From: Tricharina praecox
Lineage: Eukaryota
DNA: 64,000 nucleotides
Reading direction: 5' to 3'
Assembly: GCF_024521635.1 (NCBI RefSeq)
Contig: NW_026250413.1
Location: forward strand, 310,001 to 374,000
Each line of letters begins with the position of its first letter. Position 1 is the first letter of the stretch. A model generated the notes under the pieces. The model did no database searches, was not told where the DNA came from, and saw only the letters and a program-made list of their open reading frames with translations. A program made the translations under genes and the position numbers. This document shows, piece after piece, positions 25,680 through 36,600 of this stretch.

Positions 25680-25870
25680 ATGTTTGATGTATATGATGAG
25701 GAGAGGATAGAGAGGAAGGGAGAGGAGACGGGAGAGAGAGGAGCTATTTATAAGAAACGGTGGCGGCCTAGTGCGGCGTGGTGCGGGAAGTACTGAGACC
25801 GCATCCCCGTATCCCCGCACACGCCGAGACACTAGGCACCAGTACACGCTGGACTGGAAGGCAGGGCGAC
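25680..25870 (-). promoter_or_regulatory. Core-promoter-like module of the array (best copy): TATAAATAG followed by a CT-rich tract and CA-rich leader; sister copies near 20980, 23350, 27635
   Basis: Minus-strand CTTATAAATAG at 25744-25754; sister copies read CAATAAATAG or GAATAAAAG at the same position. Function is inferred. Confidence 0.55.
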
Positions 25871-27091
25871 TCTGTCGTTAGCACTGACATATCCGAGCCT
25901 ACGCTGCCTGTAACTTTCGCCGCACTCGTGATTTTGATACAAATTTGGTATGCCTTCTGGCATCTGAAGGGAGTACGGTATGTAGCATTCTTGCTTCATC
26001 CGGAGTCATGACGCCATACCTACATAGAGTGAATCACTGGTGCGCTCCAGCGTCGGGTAGAAAATGTGCTTCCGTACAAATTTTCATTCGTATGTATAAT
26101 ACCACTGGTCTTTAGAAACGATACCAACTTTCTCAAACACAGCAATGGGCTCATGGTAATTGGCCAAAAAAAGAGCATATCAAATGCAAACTCCTCCGCT
26201 GTACAAAGACTCATATGCTCCGAGTGATGATGCATGAAGCCGTGTGGTCTCCCCCCTCATTACACAGTTAGTACACGCGGTGGAAGGCAGGATAACTCTG
26301 TCATTAATATTCACATATTCAAGCTTCTTATCGAGAATCGAACAGCACTCGGCCAACGTAAGGGGACGAAACAGACTGCACACTCTCTCAACAGGGTCAC
26401 CATCTACAAATGGACAAAAATCATGAACGAGTACGTAGATACGGTAGAGTAGGTAGCTGATCACAGAGGTAGATAATTCATGGTATATACATGCAGAATA
26501 TACCCGACCAAAGAAAGACGGTACCATTGTTTTTTTTTGTTTAATCATCATTGCATTCGACCTCAGTAGTAGATCATGGGAGATATATACCCGCCAATTT
26601 GGAGGCTGATCTAAAAGACTAAATGCAGAACTGAAGGAATTCTTTCCACCGAACACCAACTCCTTTGGTCCCCCCGCCCCCTCTCACACCCGGGTTGATT
26701 TACCCGTGCCACCCTGGCCGCCCCGAAGCTTCCTCGTTCCGCTGTCTGTATGGAGCCCAACGTATTAGATGCATGTCCCTCGTCGCGTTCGGTGGTCGTC
26801 GGTGCGGTGCTACATACCTGGTAACCAGTCACCGCCAGCAAAGGGCAAAGGAATGGTCCGTCGATAATCACATCGGTGCCGGCGCTCGGGGGGAACTAAT
26901 TCCGCCCGATAGCACTATGTGTGCCATGCCCTAGTTGCCGGGCGGGGAGGGGGTAGGAAGGCATCAATAGATGAATGCTATTTCCTTCGTGATATTCTGA
27001 TCAAAAAATCAGCCTCCTTCCTTTATCGTGCGGCAAACGAATCATCATGGAATATGACTTTTCTTACCTTCCATGGCATTCAACCAGATAA

Positions 27092-27211
27092 CGAGAACTG
27101 GCTTGGGTTAGAGCCGTACTCGTAAACAAACCTGGAAGCAAGGTAGCTCCCGAAGATTGCCTTGAGGTAGTTATCTAGAACCCTCTCAAGGATGGTGTCA
27201 AGGCCGATCTG
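27092..27211 (-). pseudogene. GDH2: Fragment of the NAD-specific glutamate dehydrogenase C-terminus
   Basis: Hand translation (absent from the ORF track): QIGLDTILERVLDNYLKAIFGSYLASRFVYEYGSNPSQFS, matching the fungal NAD-GDH tail RVPxxYLRAIFGSYLASRFVY. Confidence 0.88.
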
Positions 27212-29270
27212 CCATGCTCAAAGCCCAAAGTATTAGATGCATATCCCTCATCGCGATCGGTGGTAGTCGGTGCGGTACTACATACCTGCTTGACCGCCAA
27301 CAAAGGGCGGAGCAGCGGTTAGCCGCCACCGCCATAGCTGCTGCCACCGCCACCACCGGCACCCTACCATTCGGGGGGAAATAATTCCGCCCGAACGAGT
27401 TAGTCATAGTGATGTGCACGACTTCCGCGGCGGTGGCGGTGGTGTATTCCCGCTTGGGGCTGGGTTCGTTGAGAGGTTTTTGGTAGTTAGGTAAGGAAGA
27501 GAGGAGAGTATGTGTGGATGGAAGAAGGAGATGATTTGAAAGCGGGGTTTATCGAGTGTTGATGCTGAGGATGATGTATGTGATGGGGAGAGAAAGATAG
27601 AGAGAGAGGAGAATGGAGGGCGGAGAGAGGAGCTATTTATTGAAAACGGCGGGCTAGGTGCGGCCTAGGTGCGGACTAGTGCGGGCGGGTTTAAGCCCGC
27701 ATCCCCGCACACGCCGAGGAACTAGGCACCAGTACACACCGGAGTGGAAGGCAGGGCGATTCTGTCGTTAGTATGTGCTCACATGCGAGCCCACGCTGCC
27801 TGTAACTATCGTCGTACTCGTGATTTTGGTACAAAGTAGGCGTGCCTTCTGGCATCTGTAGGGAGTACGGTATGTAGCTTTCTCGCTTCATCCCGAGTCA
27901 CGACGCCATACCTACATAGAGTGAATCACTGGTGCGGTCCAACGTCGTGGATGAAATGTGATACCATACAGATTTCATTTCTATGTATGATAGATACCAC
28001 TGTTCTCTAGAAACGATACCAACCTTCTCAAACACAGCAATGGGCCATGGTAATCGACCACAAAAAGGCGCCCATTATAATCGACCACAAACAATGGCGG
28101 CGGGCCTATGGTAATCGACCACAAAAAACGGCGGCGGGCCCATGGCAGGTAATCGACCAAAAACCTCGGTATACATACAAGACCGCAAGTTGAAACGCAA
28201 CCTCCGCCGCCGCTGCTGTGCGAGGAGAGCTACAAAGGTATCCTTCCCGGCTGAAAGGCAGATAATCGCACAGGTCGACGGAATGGTTGGTGTGTAGCCC
28301 CACCGGCTCTTCTAGGTATATATCCGACCGATTAGTGAATCCAAGAATCCACCTATATCCAGACCAGTGCTTCCCCCAGATTCCGAGCCCTGGTGCTCCC
28401 GTACTCTCGCACCACGGAAGCAGCGCACAGAGTGAATGACTGCTGCCTGCATTGTGACTCGTGAGTCGGCGCAGAGTGTTCCGCCGTCCGATCTTCGTCC
28501 AATCCTCGCGCGGTTTCAGGTTTCGCCGTTTCAGCGCCGGTTTCAATATTTTTCCAGTCATTATGAATTGATTGCAAGCGACCTGTCACCTGTAGATATA
28601 GTATACCCCAGATCACGGCAGTATACTACCGGTACCTAGTCGTCCTACACACAGCGGTTCTACGTTCCACGTTTCCGGAGCCGGATTCCGAATTCCGCGT
28701 ACGACAGATGCTAAATCGGGTCGAGTGATGATCCATGTAGTCGTCCGGTCCCCCCTCCCCGTATGTACTCGTACGAATCCCGGCGCGATGAAAATCTGAA
28801 GTCTGACGTGTACCACTTTTTTGACAGTCTGACAGGTTGGCCGCGCGGCCGTTACAACTCTCGCTTCTCTTGCTCCGATACCGGTAGACCGGGACCGGGA
28901 CCTGCGCAGGCGCATCGGCCCCACACACGGACATACGCGGCCAAGCACGACGTGATATGTATCTATGTGGACTACCGTATGCCGCTTGATGAACCGTATG
29001 TACGGGAGAGAGAACTGCCGTTTCGTCCCAGTGGTTCGGTTCGGTGGGGATCTAGAGAGCCAGATGGATTCCAGAAACTTCTAGATTGCATTTACACCTG
29101 TGTCCGGTCCGGTCCAAAAACTCCCTCCCCCATCCCCCCCTCCCCCGGCCCCCCATATCATGAGTGAGTGAGACATCTACGCAGCTCGGGGGAAGGTGGG
29201 GGGAGGGGGGTGTGTGTTCTACTCTACTCTACTGCATCAAAAATAGTCCATAGTCCGTACTTACGGCGTG

Positions 29271-30317
29271 CTACCGCTTCTTCCTCAACAATCCCATCTC
29301 CCTCAATCCCTCCTTTACGAACCTGCCCACGACTCTAAGCGCCTCCTCGGCACGCCTATCCCCGCGCTTCCTCATCCACAGTAGCACCAGACCCCAAAAT
29401 ATAGCTTCGATGGCGAGGTGTCTTGCTGAAGCCCAAACTGCCCACGCGAACCACACCCACGCCTTCTTCGCCCTCGCCCTACTCTTCTCCACGCGCCGAC
29501 TCTCGAGCTGCTCCCTCAGCGCGGCCACCTCCGTCGCCATCTTCGCCAGTGCATTTTCCACGCGGCCTCTCCACGCCCTCTCCCGCGGGACCTGCTCGCC
29601 CTCCTCCCCGGTACTCGGAAACACCTCCTCGCCGTAGGGCTTAGGGCTAACCAAGCCGAGGCCCAGCTCCATCTCCAGCTCCTCATCCTCGAGTTGTGCG
29701 CCGCCGCCGCCGCCGCCGTGCCCATACGACTGCGAGTGAGTGCTCGGCACGTTGCTGCGGATCTGATCCCACACGAACTCGAGCTCGGAGACCAGTTCGC
29801 GCGCCTCCGGCGTCGCCGACGCGTACCGGTGCATCGTCTCGATCAGCGTGGTGACGTAGCGCCGCTTGGCCTCCGTGCGCGATAGCCCCGCTTGCGCGTG
29901 CCACGCTTCCCACTTGTCGACTTCGGTGCGGTGCGCGTCGGGGTCTACCGGGACGGTGGAGGTGCTGGTGGAGGTCGGGTTGGGCGTCGACGGGCGCGAC
30001 ATCACGCCTTCTACGTCGCCCTCTGAAGGGAGTCAGCTGTTGTGCGGAGGGTGCCGGCAGAGGGAGAGACTACGCACCCATGCTCTGCTTGTAGAGGCCA
30101 TAGAGTTGGAGACGCGCCTCGGGCGGCGGCCGCGCTGAGCCCTTGCGGGGGATCTTGCGGACGGTTTGCAGTGCATGCGCGAAGACTCTATCTGCGATGT
30201 GAGCTCCCGGGTCAGCCAGCCATGTCTTGAAGTCGCGGATCACGAACAGGGGTAAGCAATGGGAGCTGTGGAAGCCGAGGGAGTGACGGGAGGAAGCTCA
30301 CCGACGGAATCAGACAT
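29271..30317 (-). CDS. Acyl-CoA-binding (ACBP) domain protein with coiled coil and C-terminal hydrophobic segment; exons 30317-30302, 30191-30078, 30022-29271
   Basis: Spliced N-terminus MSDSVDRVFAHALQTVRKIPRKGSARPPPEARLQLYGLYKQSMEGDV...KWEAW...GLSRTEAKRRYVTTLIETMHRYA. Confidence 0.9.
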
Positions 30318-32976
30318 CGGTATATTACATGTAGGGGAGGGCAGTGATGGAGGGGAGTTGGGAGGAAGTTGAGTTGAACTTTTTTTCTCGAAGCTGGCGG
30401 TGGAGATGGGTACTCTATGCTGACGGCGGAGCTGAGGTAGGTAGTTGGTGGCTTATGCGCTGCTGTGCTGTGCTGTGCTGTGCTGTACCGGCTGGGATCA
30501 GCGAGACCAAACAGCCGAGGAGCGCGGGTACAGCAGATGCAATCACGTGCCAACGCCAGCTGCCATCCAGTCAGGTCACTCGACGGTGGACGCCGACGGA
30601 TTTGCTTTTGATGCCTATGTGGATAAGAAGTAGATAGGTGAGTGCCTAGGTAGGTGTGTACTTGAAGTATGTTATCGCCGAGATGAGATGCACGCGACCG
30701 GTTGGTCATGGGGACGAAGCTGTCTCGAAAGCATGTAGATAGCGCCGGTGAGCTTCTTCTTCTTCTCGACACGGGCTCGGACAGTTGAGCTCGGGCTCGG
30801 GCTCGTCAAGCTCGGGCGCTGCGAGTGACTGTCTGCGCGTTCGCCCGGTCGTCTAGACACGGCCCCAATATAATCTGCACATACCACTCTATTGACTGTA
30901 TCATGGATGGAGACGGTGCTTGAGATGAGGCTCGAGATGGCCGGAGCCACTGCCGGCGGGAGATAAAGTCCCAGATCTGTGTGCGACGTTGTTCAGCTGG
31001 CCCAGCGGCGGCATTCGGTCTCTCGGTTCCTTGGGTACGGTAGGTACGGTGGTGCTGTGGGGGAACGAAGCCAGACCGCAAGGAGAACCCCAGCCCCACG
31101 AACGATAAAGTGGCCACTCGCCAGCGTTATTATCCGGTCGTGTCGCACCCCCCACCCATCCCCCACAACTCGACTTGATCCGAATTCCGCAGCCATAGTT
31201 ATTTATTCTGCGGAGGCATGTAACTCACGATTAACGAAAGGCCTGTCGCCTGTCGGTAGAGTTGCCGGAAAAAAAGAAAGAATGAAAGAAGGAAGGAGGA
31301 AAAAAAAAGCCACGCAATGGATCATCGCTAAGTGCCGCCGTACCGTACCGTGCGGCACGTCACCCACCCACCCGCGGACGGGCGTTTCAGCTTCCACGAG
31401 CTTCCGTCCGAAACGTGTCGCGTGAGGGCCTTCCTGATCAGCACTTGACGTGGGCGGGGGGGCGTAACGAATGCCCGGATTCGAAACTCCGGATCTGCTC
31501 CCCCCGTGATGTGGGGTCGGAGAAGAAGTATATAGAGGTCGCGTCGCCCCCTGCTCGGACTGGCCGGCTGCCGGCCGAATCGTCGAGTCTCGACGACGAC
31601 AACGACGACACATATCTATGGGCCGAGACAAGTGGATACGGCACGCCGAGAAACGCGTAGAGTATTACTGGTGCTAGCAGTACTATACTTGTGCTTCCAA
31701 GCCACTGCCAATGTCACTGCCACTGCCATGCCAATTGCCAATGCGAATTGCCAATGTCCTCCAAGAGTCCAAGACTCCCATCGTGAAGGCTCTTCGTCCG
31801 TATCGTCTGTCCTTCCCGTTCTGTACCGACACATAGATACCCAGCGATCTTGGCCTCATCTTTGTCGCAAGCCGCCCTTCACCAGCAGACGCCGCCCCCT
31901 ATGATGCGCAGCTGTAACTCGTCAGCCGTCCAGCCGAAGCACAACGGTCGTTGGCGCAAACGGGAAGGCGCCTTCCTCGCAGCAAGTGCCACTCCACCGC
32001 AGAGTAGAGTAGGTGCCTTCTAGGGTAGAGTAGAGTGCCGTAGTTAGCTCGACTGGCTGTCGTGTGCCCGTCGATTTCTTGGTGCCTGTGCAATATAACA
32101 CAACTGCAGGGAAAAGCCATCAGCATCCCTTCCCGAGATCGGTCCACGGTGTTTGCGTCGTCATCATACTCTACGGACATACCTCATACATACCATGCCA
32201 TGCCATACCGTGCCATGCGCTGCCAGGCCGCAACACCGGTACCGGGTTTATGGCCCTCTCGCTTTCTGCCCTGGAGACTCGAGAGTGGTCGACCCGCTGC
32301 CGCGCCCAGGCTGGGAGGGTTCGTTCGCTCGTGCCAGTGCGTTCCCAGTCCATGCACGCCGAGCGGAAAAATAGTTTCGCGTTCGACCGGCGTTTCCGTT
32401 GTTGGTGATAGTGCCGCGACTGGATCGGCGCAGGTCTCTGGTTGTCCCGAGACAAGTCAACTTGGACCCTCTCCGTGCTCTACCTACCCTTCCATCCCCG
32501 TAGTTATCCCCCCTCCCCAGTTTACATAAGATACCAAGATCTTCTCCTGACAAGAACGCTGAGAAAGTCGGTCCGAATCCGCTCACACTTGTCACTAATC
32601 GTCCACAACAAACAAACGACTCGTCCCCTCCCTCCCTCCTTCATATACCATCAACACTTCCACCTCTCCAACTACTCACGCTCTTTCCCACGCTACTTCG
32701 CTTCTACGACCGATACCGGAACCCGTTGCTCGACGCAGAAAAGCCCCTGCAGTACGACATCATACCTACCACGGCTCCGACTTTCCGTCGATTGGATCAT
32801 CGCTTGCCATCACATCCCCGGAGGAAGGCTGTCCCGAGTTCCCGCTGTTAACCTTCGTCAACCCCCCGACATCATAATAGCATCAACCCCGAACTCTACA
32901 ATAAAAAAACAACACACAAGCCCAACATCAACACAAGCAGCAGCAGCATCGCAACGATCAAACTGCAACCACTACA

Positions 32977-34238
32977 ATGCTGTTCGGAAAATTGATACTC
33001 GGATTGACCGCGCTGGTCAGCGCTGTCGCTGCCTTCCCCAGAAGCGAAGACACAAAGTACTTCCGTGAGTGTTCCTCACCCTTTCTAGGTGGTGGCGTTG
33101 TTTGTGTCGCGTGCTAACCGCTATCGCAGATGAACCTGGGTAAGCTCTAGATACCATGCTTCTTTCTCTCCTTCTCGGCACACCCCCCACCCTCATCCCC
33201 CCAAGCCAAAACTGGAACATCGTGATGCTGCGTGTCGAATATTCCGGTTCACTAACGTTGGTGATTAACTCAGTCGCGGCAATCTGGAGGGCCATTATGA
33301 TGCTCGGTATGTTTCTCTCCCCCGCTGTCGCCGGCACGCGTAGTCCTCCCGGATACTGATATCGACGTTTCTGCTGCAGTTACTACAAGGAGACCGTCGA
33401 CTACGATACAAGGCTGGATACGTTGACGCACATGGTCCGGGCGTGGTTGCAGACGACCCAGCAGGAGAACATCGAGACGTGGATCGCCCACGGAACGCTA
33501 TTGGGATGGTGGTGGAACGCTAAGGTGAGGACTAGCGGGTGGCGGCCTGAAGCCGAGTAACAACGTTCTGACAGCTGTGATTGCAGATGCTTCCTTGGGA
33601 CTGGGACCTCGACGTCCAGGTGCACCACAACACCCTGACCATGCTGGGCCAGAAGTACAACCAAACCACGCACAAGTACAAGTCGGCGGACGGCACGGTC
33701 GAGCGCGAGTATCTGCTGGACGTCAACCCGTGGATCTGGCAGCGTGTGCGTGGCGACGGCAACAACGTCATCGACGCCCGCTGGGTCGACGTGAGGAACG
33801 GCCTGTTCATCGATATCACCGGTATCGCCGAGACCGATCCCACCAACGCTCCTGGAATCCTGAACTGCAAGAACTGGCACCGTTACCACTACGACGACAT
33901 CTGGCCGCTCCGTGACACCACCTTTGAGGGAGTGCCGGCCAAGATTCCGTACAACTTCGATGCGATCCTCGTCAAGGAGTACAACACCAAGGCACTGACG
34001 GTGACCGAGTACCAAGGGTTCGTCTCCGTTCCAGCTCTCGGGGTTTTTCTGTTTCTAACATGAAGAATACAGTCATCGTTGGAACGTCCAAACCAAGGCC
34101 TGGGAGAAGGCAACCGACGTCCCGAGCGGTGCCCAAGGCGAGCTGGCGCTCGAGAAGCCCCGAGTACCCGGCCGCTACTCGACCGTCGAAACCGGCGGCT
34201 TCTTCTATAACGTCTTTCGTTTAGTGCACTTCTGGTAG
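32977..34238 (+). CDS. LicD-family (Mnn4/fukutin-like) phosphoryl transferase with signal peptide; 6 exons including a 10-nt microexon
   Basis: Spliced KYFHEPG...GHYDARYY...ETWIAHGTLLGWWWN.KMLPWDWDLDVQV...NVIDARWVD..NGLFIDITG...CKNWHRY...PLRDTTFEG. Confidence 0.9.
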
Positions 34239-36013
34239 TACCTTACACCAACACACATGATGTCCTCGGAAGCGACAAACGGCCGGTGCCTTTTTTCATT
34301 CTTTGAGCTCTGTGTATAATTTGTACGATGACGATCAATAGTTTCGAACCCTCCTCTAGCATAATTCTCCTGTTTTTTTTTCCCTTCCTCACGACTTGAC
34401 TTGGCGAGATTGGCGCTTATGGGTTTTGATTCGATTGTTTGGTTGGTTTGGCTGGAAGGGGAAAATGGTACTGTACCAGGTACTGTACCAGGTACTGCGC
34501 GCGGTGTTTTTAGAGCTTTGCGGTGCATACTTCTAGATGGGTCCTATCTCTTTTTCTTTTCTTTTTCTTTTGTTTCGGTCTTTCACTTACGTTACGGGGT
34601 TCACATCGTTCTTCTCCTTCTCCTTCTTCTCCTTCTTCTTGTTCTTTTGTATAATCTTTGCTATACTTTACTTTACTTTTTTCACTTTTCACTGCACTCT
34701 GCACTTTGCACTGCACTTTGCACTTTATCGCGACGGCCGACCGACTTGCTCGCAGCTCGTCTCGTCTGCCTGGGGATTCTCAGATCTCTCGTCTTTTTAC
34801 TGTATGCTACCTCAGTACCTTTTGCTTATCTTGTACCTATATTGTGGGGCGTTACTATTACTATTATATTCTTCGCTGTTACTCTACCTACCATAAAAGA
34901 GGAAATATCTTGTCCATCAACGATTCAACAACCGCACAGTGCACAACCGCGGACAAATGACGTCTCGTATTGAACTTTGTGCCCTATATGATATGCGCGA
35001 TGATCGATATCTCAGGCCGGCGCAAGGGGGCAAGCCTCAAGGGCGGAAGACTGGTGTGTGTGCTACATGGAGTAGATGGAGTAACAGCGGGTGTGGCTTG
35101 CGTGCAGGACCTAGGTGCGACATGCGACGTGCGTGCAGTGTGCAACTCTGAGACACCGGCTGGCAGCCAGACGCTGAGCATGAGCATGATCAGTGAGCAG
35201 GGTTCGGAATCCGGAATTCGGAATCCGGAATCTGGAATCTGCGGAGAGAGGAGAGAGAAGGTAGTAACTGTATGTAACGGTGACAGTGACTGTGACGGGT
35301 GGCGGGTGCAAGGCGGTGGGTGGAAGGCCGCGGGCGGGTGGGTGGACGGTGGGCGGTGGAAGGTGGGAAGACAGTTGAGTGTTTGAGTGTTTGAGTAGGC
35401 GCCAGTGCCTCCACCCCCCAGAAGGAGGGGAGATGGGGACGTCGTCCCAAGATTGAACACGCCGATCGGTGCCATGGAGGGAGATGTGTCGTGCGAGCGA
35501 GTGGGTGCAGAATGGGTGCGGAGGGGCGACGATCTGGGGGCTGAGCCGCTGGGGCGGCGATCTCGCTATTATTATTTTGTAGCAGCAGCAGTATTTGTAG
35601 CAGTAATAGCAGGAGGAAGTGCGATGATCTCTGCACTGCACTGCACTGCACGGGGACGTTTACTACATACCGTAGGTACCATGAGCTTTGCCGGTCTCCC
35701 GCTGCAGCCGCCGCCGCTGCCGTGTGTGTATGTGTGTGTGCCGGTACGGTATGGATCGGCGGGTATGGAATCTGGATCGGCAGGTTTGGATCGGCAGGCA
35801 GACAGGCACTGGGCAGGCGGAGTTCGCAATTGCGTTTCGGGCTTCGGAGAGTGGGCTGTGGACTGTGGACACACGACCATCTCTAACCGCTCTGTTCGGT
35901 TGTTCGGTTGAAGATCGGCGGACAGTGGGTGGTGAACGGGTGGTGGAGGGATAGCACTGCATAGCACTCGCTCGGTACAATAATCACCGTGCACTTTTCC
36001 ACATTCGCGCGAG

Positions 36014-36600
36014 CACCTATTCAAAAACTGCTCACGGTGGAGAAGTCAACAGAAAGCCTTGTGGGCAAAGGTCGGGAAGGAGACGGAGAGAAGGAAAGAG
36101 AGGTGGTCGATAGCGGAGTTGTTCGCCGACGAGCGGTGCAGCGAGGCAATCCTAGAGTTTCTGGGAACGACGGATGTGGGGAGTAAAGCACCAGCAGACT
36201 TTGAGGAGGAGGAGGGGGAGGCAAGCATCGCATCAGGGGCAGAGCAAGAGTTCCCAGCAGGGTTCTGTGTCTGCGGCCGGTGCGAGGAAATAGGAGATGA
36301 GGATATGCGGTGATATCTTCTTGGGGCGGAAAAGGCGGAAGACGGGGAGAGAGGCGAGGGGGCAGCAGGAGGAGCGGGCATGCAGGCCCATACCGGTCTT
36401 GACTGTCAACCTACTTTCTACTTTTTGCTTGTGTCGGCCAGTCGAGGTGAAAGCCCCGGTGCCGGCCAGTCCGATGCGGCGCCCCACTTCCCCTGCCCAT
36501 CCGTCTCGGGTCAGGACAGGCAGGAAAAGAAGCTCGTTGGTTCGCCATAGTCTAGATAGGCTGTATGCGAAATAAAACAGGAAGATCTCTCTCTCTCTAT
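36014..36600 (+). mobile_element. 5'-truncated non-LTR retrotransposon (LINE) 3' end
   Basis: (RE)HLFKNCSRW...LFADERCSEAILEFLGTTDVG resembles the C-terminus of fungal LINE ORF2. Ends in AATAAA and a (CT)n tail. Flanked by the 10-bp direct repeat TTCGCGCGAG (36004-36013, 36601-36610). Confidence 0.8.

Larger units (their letters stand above)
18930..28290 (-). repeat. Head-to-tail array of four diverged scaffold units (approx. 19530-21770, 21780-23830, 24190-26210, 26340-28290) plus a remnant at 18930-19500, each unit holding different gene fragments
   Basis: Shared modules: CCGCATCCCCG(C/T)A at ~21063, 23403, 25800, 27697; 20-mer GGTGCGGTGCTACATACCTG at 22843, 24752, 25449, 26801, 27269 (1 mismatch); TAGTAGATCAT/CATTGCATT block at ~19790, 24490, 26550; 19190-19500 resembles 23450-23770; 21250-21550 resembles 28005-28290. 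Confidence 0.9.

Noticed and set aside
18930-28290. Calling the array a CRISPR locus
   Set aside because: Eukaryotic context, long diverged modules with variable 0.1-0.75 kb inserts, and no cas genes. The resemblance is in layout only.
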